From Colwellia polaris (GTDB taxonomy: Archaea > Nanohalarchaeota > Nanosalinia > Nanosalinales > Nanosalinaceae), in contig JBLGBK010000001.1 in NCBI GenBank assembly GCA_047617785.1, positions 65,638 to 129,637 of the forward strand: 64,000 bases of DNA, given 5' to 3'. The position numbers and the translations under genes are program-made. Each line of letters opens with the position of its first letter. Within the stretch, counting starts at the first letter, position 1. Below the pieces are notes generated by a model that saw only the letters and a list, made by a program, of their open reading frames with translations, was not told where the DNA came from and searched no databases. Shown piece by piece: positions 37,784 to 47,690 of the stretch.

Positions 37784-38809
37784 CTATCCGCTGTCCTGAA
37801 CAGTATTCTCAACTTCTACATCGTCAAGCGCTTCAAGCGCTTTCGGTGAAACGAAAGCTAAATCCTGCCAGTCCTTAGTCATACGCGGACACGCACAGTT
37901 GACATAGATATCGATCCCATAGCCTCTGTAGTCTGATTCGAAAATTCTGTCTTCTACAAATACGTAGACATCCTTGCCCATGTTCTCAAGCTTTTCCTTG
38001 GCAATCTGGACGGCTTGCATATAGTTCTGTCCTTTTTTCGATGAAGTTACAATACCCCATTTTTTCTTATCCTTGTGCTTCATTACACGAGCGTATTCTG
38101 CTCTTAACTCGTTTTCCAGGCTGTTTGGCGGTTCTACCCAGATATGTTCTTCGTATGGGTCGACTACGTAGACTTTTTTGCCTGCTTCACTGACTTGTGA
38201 CGGATGGAAGTGTCCGGAGCCGAGGAATACAAATGCGTCGACTTTGTGCGAGATGTTGTGTGCTGCTCCTGCGTCGCATCCTAGCACCTGACCAGGTTCC
38301 GTGGTTCTGAGACCGGTTTCTCCGTCAACTACTTCGTAGCCCTTCTCCTCTAGGAACTCTCTGGCAGCTTCGGCTCGGTCCATGTACTGCGTTACCCCAA
38401 TTAGACCGACTTTTTCCTCTTTTATCTCTTCGTAGTGTTCTTTGAGAACCCCCATAAGATCTCTATCTTCTCTGTATGGCAGATAGAAGACATCGTAATC
38501 TTTCATCTGTTGTCTTTCAGGGTGAAGAAAACGTGTGTGCCCCATGTGAATTAGTGCGTCAGCACCCATACGCTTGGCTTTTTCATCTGCTATTCCGCAC
38601 GCACCAAATGTTGAGGCGCCGATAATAACTGTCTCATAGCCTTTGTCTTCAAGACGATCTGCGTATTCGATTAAAGTTGGTTTGATTCCGTCTGGACCTT
38701 GTAGACCTATTTTTTCGTGTTCATCTTTGTCTAGGTCTTCTATTATTTCTTCTAGAGATTCGTAGTTGTATTTTTCCTTGGTTTTGTCTTCCACGCTTGG
38801 GCGTTTCAT
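37784..38809 (-). CDS. dph2: Diphthamide biosynthesis enzyme Dph2
   Basis: LQGPDG, FGAC, H.GH, GQVLGC, GHFH, KKGQ and ACPR (three Fe-S Cys). Confidence 0.93.
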   Translation of the reverse strand: MKRPSVEDKTKEKYNYESLEEIIEDLDKDEHEKIGLQGPDGIKPTLIEYADRLEDKGYETVIIGASTFGACGIADEKAKRMGADALIHMGHTRFLHPERQQMKDYDVFYLPYREDRDLMGVLKEHYEEIKEEKVGLIGVTQYMDRAEAAREFLEEKGYEVVDGETGLRTTEPGQVLGCDAGAAHNISHKVDAFVFLGSGHFHPSQVSEAGKKVYVVDPYEEHIWVEPPNSLENELRAEYARVMKHKDKKKWGIVTSSKKGQNYMQAVQIAKEKLENMGKDVYVFVEDRIFESDYRGYGIDIYVNCACPRMTKDWQDLAFVSPKALEALDDVEVENTVQDSG

Positions 38810-38846
38810 ATTGTTAGAAATAGAGGTAAATCTTTTTTACCCTGTT

Positions 38847-40355
38847 CTAGATTTCACGGACTTTGTCTAGAATTATTTTTCTCTCTTCAAGTTCGATAAG
38901 CTCTGCTACCTCGGAAATTTTCTGGTTCTCTATTGCAACAGCATCGAAATCTGAAATTATTAGTTCTCTTAATATTTCTCTATCGACCTGTGCTGCTATA
39001 AGGATCTTTTCATCAGCTTCAAGATAGTTTAATGCGCTTTCAAGTCCTTGTCGTGGTACGAGCCGGGAGTCAAGAACTGCTGTATTGCCTTCAAAGACGA
39101 AGACCTCGCTGTAACTTGTCAACACATTTTCTTCAGGTATATCGTTTTCCTGACCTCTTCCAGATATAATATTGTATGTGCCTCGGAAAGGCGGCTTAGT
39201 TCTCAACGAGTTGCGGCCTTTATTCAGAGAAAGTACATCGAGTGTTGCGGTACGAGTATTTTGAGAACCTTCGGAGAAAGGATTTACTTCTCTGCTCCGC
39301 GTTTCTGTCTCTACATCAGATTGTTGAGTTTTCTGTTCTTGAAGGAAGTTTTCTCTAGGGTTTACACCTAGATTTAGATCTTTTTCTCGGGCTTTCTGTG
39401 AAATTGTGGATGTGTAACCCCCTTTTCTAGATATCACTTTTTCGGAATCAATGTTTTTCAAATCCTCTAGTTCTTCTATTATCTCTAGCCGGTTACTTTC
39501 GGAGTCTATATCGCCTGAGGCTTCAATAATATCAAGATCAAGGTTTTGCGGTTCGGGAGCAGGATTTTCTGCAGGTTCAGCATCTACTATATAGAATGTT
39601 CCTCTTTTGTATACGTACTTAAGATTTACACGCGAGTTAGCTGCATTTGAAACAGCTTTCAGCATTTTACGTTTTTTATACGGGCTTTTATCTCTCTGAA
39701 CATTTCTCTGCCGGTTTTTCCCGTTAACAGGGTGGCGAGAGACTTCTAGTTGCTTCTCAGGAAGCCTCTTATCAACTATATTATTGTCTTTGATTAGGTA
39801 GACTTCCGGATTTGTTTTGCCTTCTTCTAGTGGCGTTCCGAGACCTTTAACAGATTCTATTAACGTATAGCCTGCTTTATAGTCGGTGTGGATTGCTCCA
39901 GTGTGCCCGGGTTCGACCATTTTCTGCACAATTACTGCAGGAACTTCGCTGTGGTCTTCATAGTACGATGCAAGAACGTTTTTTACTGCCCGCTCTATAT
40001 TCGATGAACCTACGTTTAACTGGTAGTAAGATCCTTTTTTAGATGTAGAAACTCTTACTGATACGCGTGAGGTTTCTCTTCTGTTCCCAACGAGGTTTTT
40101 AGCCTTTCCTGATGCGTTTCTTATTTCTGAGGCTACGCCCACGTTGCTGTAGGAGTCTGAAAGTCTTTCTCGTATTTCTCTATCCATACGTGTATTTTTG
40201 ATCTTCTCTGGATCTCTCTGATTAGGCAGGATTTGTTCTACTTCTTCCTTGGTTACAGCGAAGAAATTAGGTACATTAAAGTTGTTTACTTGGTCTAAGT
40301 GCTTCGCTTTTTCTCCTACCTGATTGTAGTCTAGATCTCCTTTCCACTGCACCAT
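38847..40355 (-). CDS. Degenerate PEP synthase / PPDK-like protein
   Basis: VGEKA..L...FNVP..F, AVIVQKMV, GLG..L..G...P and GGYTSTIS..ARE (His missing). Only 502 aa. Confidence 0.7.
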   Translation of the reverse strand: MVQWKGDLDYNQVGEKAKHLDQVNNFNVPNFFAVTKEEVEQILPNQRDPEKIKNTRMDREIRERLSDSYSNVGVASEIRNASGKAKNLVGNRRETSRVSVRVSTSKKGSYYQLNVGSSNIERAVKNVLASYYEDHSEVPAVIVQKMVEPGHTGAIHTDYKAGYTLIESVKGLGTPLEEGKTNPEVYLIKDNNIVDKRLPEKQLEVSRHPVNGKNRQRNVQRDKSPYKKRKMLKAVSNAANSRVNLKYVYKRGTFYIVDAEPAENPAPEPQNLDLDIIEASGDIDSESNRLEIIEELEDLKNIDSEKVISRKGGYTSTISQKAREKDLNLGVNPRENFLQEQKTQQSDVETETRSREVNPFSEGSQNTRTATLDVLSLNKGRNSLRTKPPFRGTYNIISGRGQENDIPEENVLTSYSEVFVFEGNTAVLDSRLVPRQGLESALNYLEADEKILIAAQVDREILRELIISDFDAVAIENQKISEVAELIELEERKIILDKVREI

Positions 40356-40440
40356 TTGCTTAATTGGATAATTAGGTCTGAGCAGATTAAAAGATTATCT
40401 CAGTTGAGAAATGAAAGAGTATTATAGAAAAGTAAGAAAG

Positions 40441-40962
40441 TTATTGGTCGAGCTTAACTCGATGTGTGACAGGCATTTTGTGGTTAGCTCGTTCAAGCGC
40501 CTTCTTTGCTTCCTGAAGGTTGTCTCTGCTTGTTTCAACCTTGATTACTACCTGGTCTTCGTCTACGATTGCCGATCGGCCGATTGGTCGTCCGAATGGT
40601 TTACGCATTCCTTCGTAGTATCGGTCTGCCTGTGCGATTCCTGCTAGCGGGTGGTATCTTAGTACGTGGTGTGGATATGGCACTATTGTTAGTCGGTAGT
40701 CTTCTTCTGGGTCGAACTCTTTGGATAGGAAGGAGTTCGCTGCGATTCTTCCTGCTTCTAGAGCTTCGCTTCGAATGTTGCAGTCTTCTTCAGCTTTCAT
40801 TACAACTGTTGTGTCAAATTCCTTCTTCTTAGCACCCATAATGTACTGTGTTACTCTTGGTGCTGGAGCTCCTTTGACGTAGTTGTCGCTCTTTTTCTGA
40901 CTCTGCCGTGTGTATGGTTGGCTTGGCTGTTCTCTGTATATGCTTGCAGGACGATCTCCCAT
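40441..40962 (-). CDS. rpl10e: 50S ribosomal protein uL16 (L10e)
   Basis: RPA..YR, YVKGAP, ALEAGRIAAN, YPHH.LR and GMRKPFGRPIG motifs. Confidence 0.96.
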   Translation of the reverse strand: MGDRPASIYREQPSQPYTRQSQKKSDNYVKGAPAPRVTQYIMGAKKKEFDTTVVMKAEEDCNIRSEALEAGRIAANSFLSKEFDPEEDYRLTIVPYPHHVLRYHPLAGIAQADRYYEGMRKPFGRPIGRSAIVDEDQVVIKVETSRDNLQEAKKALERANHKMPVTHRVKLDQ

Positions 40963-41023
40963 TGTAAATTTTAAACCTCGTAGAAAGTACAAGTAGACTT
41001 AATTTTTATATAGGGTGTGTCTA

Positions 41024-41473
41024 CTACTCAAGTGCTTCATCCCAGTATTGATGCGGAAACCTATCGGTTGCTCTTTCAAGACCCTCACCTATTGGCTCAT
41101 CGACTTCTCTGACCTTCTCTACAGCATCATATGTCCCTGTTCTGTAACCTGCTGCAGCATTTAGTGCATAGCTTACAAGCGGTTCTTTGAGATCTGCGGC
41201 GTCAATAGGGCGCTCATGCGCCTCCAGTAATTCTTCAGCAAAATCCTGAGCCGAGGATTCAAGACGCGACATTGAGAACTCTGCAAAATTCTTCTCCCCG
41301 CCCTCAAGAATAGCGTTTACACCCTCCCTGAAGAATGAGTCTTCAAGATACAAATCTGTCATTCCGCGGTATAGCTTGCTCATACTTATATCTAGGTCGG
41401 CTAGATCGCCGTAAACATCTTCCGACATCCGGAAGGATACTGTTTTGTTCTTATTATTCTCCTCACCAGACAT
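41024..41473 (-). CDS. Hypothetical protein with RHH-like N-terminus
   Basis: KTVSFRMSEDVY resembles a ribbon-helix-helix start. Confidence 0.55.
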   Translation of the reverse strand: MSGEENNKNKTVSFRMSEDVYGDLADLDISMSKLYRGMTDLYLEDSFFREGVNAILEGGEKNFAEFSMSRLESSAQDFAEELLEAHERPIDAADLKEPLVSYALNAAAGYRTGTYDAVEKVREVDEPIGEGLERATDRFPHQYWDEALE

Positions 41474-41554
41474 TGTTACCGTTTAACAGTAAAAATAGCA
41501 ATTCTTTTATCTTTGACCAGAACTTTAAACCGCAGCCAATACAGAAACTACAGT

Positions 41555-42808
41555 GTGAAGACGGTCAACGTATACCAGATAGGGCTTGGAAGCTTTGGAA
41601 GACACGGTTTCGAGAAGTTCGTTAGCCTGACGAAAGATCATAAAGAAGTAGATGTACGGCTAAAGGCAGTCTGCGACACCGATCACGAAAAGCTTGAAGC
41701 TGCTGAAAAGTTCGCTTCCACACACGGAATTGAAATTGATACATTCACTGACGTAGATGAGATGTATGAAGCGATTCAGAAATCTGATGAAGTACTGGTG
41801 TACGATGCAGGACCTTCAGAAACCCATGCAAACCACATATACAAGTCGATGAGAAGAGAATACTATCATATTGCGGAAAAGCCTCCTTCACTTACAAAGG
41901 AAGGATATATTCAGGAGAAGAAACTGGCTGAGAACCACAAAGTATTCTGGAAAACAGATTTCATCGAACGTGAAAGCCCGGTAGTGAAGAAAACAGCAAA
42001 TATAGTAGAAGATAAGAATATTGAAAGCATACAAGTTTTCCGGGAAAGCTCAGCAGGAGTTCAAAAGATGCTTGATCCGGTAGCCCGGAGCGGAGTTAAA
42101 GGCGGAGATATTCTAGATAAGATGGTGCATGAAGCCTATCTTAACGATTTTCTGGAAGCCTCCAGTAATGATAACCGATTAGAATTCCAGGAAAAAGATG
42201 TAAACTACTTTATACCTTATAGAAAGAACTCTGACAGTCTTATGACTGTTCAAGGCGGAAAGACAGATGAACTAACTAATAATACTGCCACAGGTCAGAC
42301 GCGCGCTCTTATGAAATCTGGTTCTGTGGACATAGAGCTTCATAGTAGCTGGATGGGTTTGAGCGATAGATGTAGGACTCTTGCACACGCCTTCGAAGGA
42401 GAAGTTGGAGAGGAAATAGTTGAGTCAGAGACTCGGAGCATCAACAATTCAGCTTATCAGGATGAGGAGGCGCGTTTCTTCATTCTAGAAGGTGAGGAAA
42501 ACCTTCTCGGCGACATGCTTCACAATAAGTTGTACGATCTTAACAGCGGTGAAGAAGTTAAAACACCTGTCCTCCTACATGATCAATTGTACCGAGTTCT
42601 CGAGAAAGCTGTAGAAGATGCTGCCGGAGTACGTGACGCTAAAATATATACCGGAGAGAACTTCCTGAATCAAATATTCAAGGCCAGGGATGACTTAGAG
42701 GGTGAGTTCTTTGAGGAAGTTGAGAAAGGAAGAAATCTTCTTGACTCTTTGATTATCGATGACAAGGTTCTTGATGTTAACTCCGAAACAGAAGATGTGA
42801 GAGGGTGA
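41555..42808 (+). CDS. Gfo/Idh/MocA-family oxidoreductase
   Basis: IGLGSFG, AVCD, HIAEKP and DKMVH motifs. GTG start ~26 nt after TTTAAA. Confidence 0.75.
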   Translation: MKTVNVYQIGLGSFGRHGFEKFVSLTKDHKEVDVRLKAVCDTDHEKLEAAEKFASTHGIEIDTFTDVDEMYEAIQKSDEVLVYDAGPSETHANHIYKSMRREYYHIAEKPPSLTKEGYIQEKKLAENHKVFWKTDFIERESPVVKKTANIVEDKNIESIQVFRESSAGVQKMLDPVARSGVKGGDILDKMVHEAYLNDFLEASSNDNRLEFQEKDVNYFIPYRKNSDSLMTVQGGKTDELTNNTATGQTRALMKSGSVDIELHSSWMGLSDRCRTLAHAFEGEVGEEIVESETRSINNSAYQDEEARFFILEGEENLLGDMLHNKLYDLNSGEEVKTPVLLHDQLYRVLEKAVEDAAGVRDAKIYTGENFLNQIFKARDDLEGEFFEEVEKGRNLLDSLIIDDKVLDVNSETEDVRG

Positions 42809-43911
42809 AAAAAGTGGAAGCAGTAATACTTTGCGCTAAGAAGAAAGAATCATTATTTCCGTTCTCGGAAACTAAACCAACTGGGCTGATTCCTATAGTA
42901 GGTAAACCCATAGTAGAACACCTTATCAACAGCCTGGAAGAGGCTGGCATAAGCAAAATACACCTGGTAACGAACTACAAAGAAGAAATGTTCGAAGCAG
43001 AGTTTTCAGATCAGAAAAATATCGATATAGTGCATCAAGAAGAACTAACTGGTACTGCTGATGCAGTAGAGTCTTGCGACTTTGTAGAAGATAATTTCCT
43101 AGTTATAAATGGAGACGTCACAGTTTCAAGCCGCGATCTCACAAATATAATAGAAAAACAGGAGAAAACTGATGCCAAAGCAGTAATGCTTGCTACAGAC
43201 CAGAACAAACCCGAGAAGTTCGGAGTTCTGAGCATCGAGGACGATAAAGTAGTGGAAATAGAGGAGAAACCTGAAGAAGCGGAGAACTCTTTGATAAACA
43301 CTGGGATATATGCATTCTCACCAGAAATTTTTGAATCAATCAAGGACTCCGAGAGCTCAGATCTTACAGAAGCAATCAAAGGATTCGTAAGCAACGAAGA
43401 AGCACGATTCGATCTTGTAGAAGACTATTGGTCTGATATAGGCTCCCCAGAAAAACTATGGAAGGCCGATCAACAGCTGAGAGACAGCATGATAACAGAG
43501 ACTGCAGTTCATGAAGACGCAGAAGTAGCAGACTCAGTCGAAATCAATGGCTCAGCAATAATAGAACCAGAAGCAGAAATCGGACCAAACGTAACATTGG
43601 AGGGCAACTGTTACATTGGAGAAAACGTACATTTGAAGCCCGGAACAGTAGTTGAAGACTCAACAGTTACACAAGGTAGCATCCTATCCGACTGTAATAT
43701 ATCAGAAACACTAGTATTTGAGGAGAATATTATAGATCCTCAGGTCGCCGTTGAGAGAACTATTCTCGGTGAGGAAACCGATATCAAGTCTGGTACAGTC
43801 ATCCGTGAATCATTTATCGGTGCCAGAAGCTTTGTCGACATGAACAACTCTATCCGTGGAATCAAATTCGTACCAGACGCTAGAACTGATCTTTCAGAGA
43901 TCAGCAAATAA
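42805..43911 (+). CDS. GlmU/GCD1-like sugar-phosphate nucleotidyltransferase paralogue with left-handed beta-helix and degenerate N-motif
   Basis: GKPI..H, Q....GTADA, INGD, EKP and INTGIY, plus hexapeptide repeats. N-motif reads LCAKKKESLFP. Confidence 0.85.
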   Translation: MKKVEAVILCAKKKESLFPFSETKPTGLIPIVGKPIVEHLINSLEEAGISKIHLVTNYKEEMFEAEFSDQKNIDIVHQEELTGTADAVESCDFVEDNFLVINGDVTVSSRDLTNIIEKQEKTDAKAVMLATDQNKPEKFGVLSIEDDKVVEIEEKPEEAENSLINTGIYAFSPEIFESIKDSESSDLTEAIKGFVSNEEARFDLVEDYWSDIGSPEKLWKADQQLRDSMITETAVHEDAEVADSVEINGSAIIEPEAEIGPNVTLEGNCYIGENVHLKPGTVVEDSTVTQGSILSDCNISETLVFEENIIDPQVAVERTILGEETDIKSGTVIRESFIGARSFVDMNNSIRGIKFVPDARTDLSEISK

Positions 43912-44056
43912 GCGACCTACCAGCTAGTTCTTTTTTCTCCTCTTATTTCTATGCACAAAACAGAAATTTTGACGTAGAAAGACCTTGAAAATTTACAACC
44001 AGAATAATAACTTTGTACAGGTAAGAACCATATTACAAGGAGGAGTGAAAAACAGG

Positions 44057-45313
44057 ATGAAAGCAGTAATTCTGGCAGCAGGACAATCTAGCAGGTTCAA
44101 ACCGTTGAGCGATAACCGGCATAAAGGTTTGACAGAAGTACTTGGGAAACCTATAATCGAACATACTATAGATGAGCTCCGTGGCGCTGGTGTTGACGAA
44201 GTAATCGTTGTTCAAAGCCCGGATGGAGAGATGGAAGATCATTTAGGCGATAAAGTTGATCACTACGCAGTTCAGGAAGAGCCGAAAGGAATGGGTAATG
44301 CACTAATACAGGCAGAAGAGTATCTCGACGACAAATTCCTCGTGCTTACCCCCTACCGAGCGAACGCAGCACAGTTCTTCGAACCGATGATAGAGAAAGC
44401 AGAGAATGAAGATTCAGATATTGTCTTTGTATCCACGCCAACCGAAACACCTGAAAAATATGGGATCTTGGATATTGAAGATGGTAAAGCTGTCGACATG
44501 GTGGAAAAACCCGCGCCAGAGGAGGCTCCAAGCAACCAGAAAGTTGTCGGCATGTATCTCCTCAGTGAGAACTTCTTCAACTACATGGATGAAGTTGAAA
44601 CATGGGAATACCAGTACGAGGAAGCTCTAAGCCTTCAGATGGAGGATAACCCTGCTTCCGTACTGCATATAGAGGAAGAAACCAACTCTATCAAGTACCC
44701 CTGGGATCTTTTCTCAATATCCCAAGAATTAATGGTAGAAATGGAAAGAGATATTTCTGAAGAATCTGATATTGCGGATTCAGCAGAGATCAAAGGGAAT
44801 GTAGTAATAGAGGATGGTGCGACAGTGTTTGAAAATGCAGTTATCAAAGGACCGGTTTACATCGGGAAAAACGCAGTAATCGGGAATAACGCTCTTGTAC
44901 GCGACCACACCTCTGTAGAGAGAAAAGTTACTATCGGAACGAACTCAGAGATTAAAAACAGTATTTTCCAGCCTAAAAGTTCTCTTCACTCTGGCTTCAT
45001 AGGAGATACTGTCGTTGGACAGAACACCAAAATAGGCGCAGAGACTGTTACAGCGAACCGAAACTTCAGAAACAACGGCGAAAGAGAATCAATTGAAAGC
45101 AATTTGATCGGCAAAGACTACAGCAAGAATTCAGGCAGAAGCTTTATGGGAGCAGTAATCGGAGACAACGTTGATATCGGAGTAAACGTTTCAATAATGC
45201 CCGGAGTTCAGATAGGAAGCGGTGCAAAAGTCGGGCCAGGGACAATCGTACACAAGAACGTGGAAAATGAGGAAACAGTTTATGTAGACCAGGAACAGGT
45301 GAGAAAGAATTGA
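44057..45313 (+). CDS. Bifunctional GlmU-like sugar-1-phosphate nucleotidyltransferase/acetyltransferase
   Basis: MKAVILAAG, EKP, YPWDL, hexapeptide repeats and GAVIGD.V..G.N. Confidence 0.9.
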   Translation: MKAVILAAGQSSRFKPLSDNRHKGLTEVLGKPIIEHTIDELRGAGVDEVIVVQSPDGEMEDHLGDKVDHYAVQEEPKGMGNALIQAEEYLDDKFLVLTPYRANAAQFFEPMIEKAENEDSDIVFVSTPTETPEKYGILDIEDGKAVDMVEKPAPEEAPSNQKVVGMYLLSENFFNYMDEVETWEYQYEEALSLQMEDNPASVLHIEEETNSIKYPWDLFSISQELMVEMERDISEESDIADSAEIKGNVVIEDGATVFENAVIKGPVYIGKNAVIGNNALVRDHTSVERKVTIGTNSEIKNSIFQPKSSLHSGFIGDTVVGQNTKIGAETVTANRNFRNNGERESIESNLIGKDYSKNSGRSFMGAVIGDNVDIGVNVSIMPGVQIGSGAKVGPGTIVHKNVENEETVYVDQEQVRKN

Positions 45314-45813
45314 AAATAGGTTTTGACTTTGATCGCGTGCTTTTTGATACAGATACCTTCAACAAATACTTGAAAGAGAATGTTGAAGGATTGAAACACG
45401 TTGATGCATCTCCTTATAATGAGAACGAGGTTTACAGCCCAGAGATACACGCAGAACTATGCGGAATACCCGTAGAAAGGATATACGGCGCTATTGAAGA
45501 TACATCTCAGTTTCTGTATCCTGATGTTGAGGCGCTGAAGGATATTAACCACGAAGTTGTGATTATTTCAAGAGGAGAGAAAGAGTTTCAGAAAGCTAAG
45601 ATAGAGAACTCCGGAATATTAAGCCATGTAGACGATTTCTATGTTATCGAAAAAGGAGCTAAAGATCAAGTAGACATAGATATACTTGTAGACGACACTC
45701 TCTCGGAGACAGAACGTGTCAGCATACCTAGTATTCTTTTCAAACGAGAGGAAGAAGGTCTAGAAGATGCTGTAAACAAGGTGAACGAACTTGCAACCAG
45801 AGAAAGTGTTTAA
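45310..45813 (+). CDS. HAD-superfamily hydrolase
   Basis: FDFDRVLFD motif I, SRG, Q..KI and LVDD. Confidence 0.8.
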   Translation: MKIGFDFDRVLFDTDTFNKYLKENVEGLKHVDASPYNENEVYSPEIHAELCGIPVERIYGAIEDTSQFLYPDVEALKDINHEVVIISRGEKEFQKAKIENSGILSHVDDFYVIEKGAKDQVDIDILVDDTLSETERVSIPSILFKREEEGLEDAVNKVNELATRESV

Positions 45814-47047
45814 AAGGTACGACATAAGAGGCGAATATCCTGAAGAACTCAATGAAGAGTTCGCAGAAAGATTAGGAAAATCATTAGGGACGTTCGCGCA
45901 GAGAAACTACAGTAAAGATGTAGTCGTATGTAGAGACAACAAGGAGAGCTCAAACAGTTTGAAAGAATATTTTATCGCAGGTCTACAGAGTGTCGGCGTA
46001 AATGTCCTGGACGTAGGCGAAGGACCTACAGACTATGCAGCATTTGCAGGTAACCGTAAGGAAGCGGTTTCTGCACAAGTTACGTCCTCACACATGGCTC
46101 TGAACTTCAATGGATTCAAGTTTATGTATCCTGCAGGAAACGGCTTCAAGAACCCAGACCTAGACGAAGTCAAACGTATATTCAGAGAAGAAGACTTTGA
46201 AACAGGTAAGGGAACCCTTGAGGAAGAGGAAATGCATGCACAGTATCTTGAAGATGCTAAAGAATTCCTAGGACATTTTGATCTCAACTTCAGCAAAGAC
46301 ATCACTTTAGATGCTTTAAACGGAGCTTCCCTGCTTAAAGAGCTTCTGGAAGAACTCGATGTAGATTTTGACACCATAGAAAGAGAGAAAATGCCTAACC
46401 CTCCTAACCCGAAGCCAGAGATGCTTGACAAATTGAAGGATGAGACAGAAGATATCGGTTTCGGAAATGATCTAGACGCAGACCGCGTAACGGTCTACTA
46501 CAACAATAGGTTCCTTACCGGAAATGAACTGATTGGTGTGTTCGCACAGTTGTTTGAGGGCGATGTAGTTGCTTCTGTGGATACAAGCGAATCTCTTAAG
46601 CAAGTGAATAATGGCAATCTATTTTTCACACGTGTTGGAGATCCCTTCGTCATGGATAAAGCTCTAGAAGAAGATGTCAAGTTCGCTGCAGAACCTAACG
46701 GACATTATGCCTTCCCAGAGTTCGTTGCTTATAACTCCGGAACCGTTGCAGCAACTCTATTAGCCGGCCTTGACCTAGATAAGTACCTGGATCGTCTCCC
46801 GGAAGCAGAGTTCCGTAGAGAGAGCTTTGAGGTTGAAGACAAGGAAAAGGCCATGGATAAGATCGGCGAAGCAGCTTCAGAGCATGAGCTACTCTCTGAT
46901 ATCGACGGCTACAAGCTTTCGGACGGCGAAAGCATTGTTCTAGCTCGCCCCTCTGGCTCCTCACCTAAGATTAGGCTGGTTGGAGAATCGAGTTCTGACG
47001 ACTTCAGTTTGATGGAGGAGTTGGGCGAATTGCTGGAGAAATGTTAA
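45791..47047 (+). CDS. Phosphomannomutase / phosphoglucosamine mutase family
   Basis: FK.YDIRG, TSSH (phosphoserine), DLDADR, VGD, E.NGH and RPSG..P..R motifs. Confidence 0.92.
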   Translation: MQPEKVFKRYDIRGEYPEELNEEFAERLGKSLGTFAQRNYSKDVVVCRDNKESSNSLKEYFIAGLQSVGVNVLDVGEGPTDYAAFAGNRKEAVSAQVTSSHMALNFNGFKFMYPAGNGFKNPDLDEVKRIFREEDFETGKGTLEEEEMHAQYLEDAKEFLGHFDLNFSKDITLDALNGASLLKELLEELDVDFDTIEREKMPNPPNPKPEMLDKLKDETEDIGFGNDLDADRVTVYYNNRFLTGNELIGVFAQLFEGDVVASVDTSESLKQVNNGNLFFTRVGDPFVMDKALEEDVKFAAEPNGHYAFPEFVAYNSGTVAATLLAGLDLDKYLDRLPEAEFRRESFEVEDKEKAMDKIGEAASEHELLSDIDGYKLSDGESIVLARPSGSSPKIRLVGESSSDDFSLMEELGELLEKC

Positions 47048-47072
47048 AACCGTTCTTCAACCATCTTTCTCT

Positions 47073-47288
47073 ATGTCTGAAGAACTTTACAGCTTTGAAG
47101 AAGGACCATACGAACTACTAGAATACGAAATTAAAGGAGACGAAGGTAAAGCAGTAATTACTGTAAACCAGGGAGATCTGGGACGACTTGTTATAGAGGA
47201 TATAGATACTGTTGAAGAACTACGTAATGCGCTTGATGAAGTCGAACAATTCCTTGAAGAGCATAAAAGGCGTCAAGAAGAGCTTTAG
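47073..47288 (+). CDS. Small acidic hypothetical protein
   Basis: 71-aa ORF with host-like codon usage. Confidence 0.6.
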   Translation: MSEELYSFEEGPYELLEYEIKGDEGKAVITVNQGDLGRLVIEDIDTVEELRNALDEVEQFLEEHKRRQEEL

Positions 47289-47348
47289 CCAGTGAAAAAG
47301 ATATAGAAAAAGGAAAAATTGGATTAAAAATGTAAAAGCAGAGCGAGA

Positions 47349-47516
47349 TTATACGTCTCGAGATTTAACGGTCTTTCTTCCGTTCTCTTCTGCTCGTTCA
47401 ACTGCTCTTTCGACCAGTTCCTTAACTTCCTCATCAAGAGCTTCGTAAAAGTCGCTTCCGACGTTGACGCCTTCTGCGGCTTCACGTACTCCTGATTTCT
47501 TAAGTACGTCTACCAT
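47349..47516 (-). CDS. Single histone-fold protein (DUF1931-like), 55 aa
   Basis: MVDVLKKSGVREAAEGVNVGSDFYEALDEEVKELVERAVERAEENGRKTVKSRDV, with the RKTV..RD histone signature and a GGTGA SD. Below the ORF-track length cutoff. Confidence 0.9.
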   Translation of the reverse strand: MVDVLKKSGVREAAEGVNVGSDFYEALDEEVKELVERAVERAEENGRKTVKSRDV

Positions 47517-47690
47517 GTTTAATTCACCAAGTAGAGATTGTCACGACTCGTTTTTATAGGTAAGGGGGTTAAAACCGGGGAAAACCGGGATGTGCACCAC
47601 CTGAATCACCATATGAGGTTAGATCTTATTCGATTTTAATCAAACGGAACAACCTAAAGTAAAAAAACATTTCAGTACCACATACTGGTT

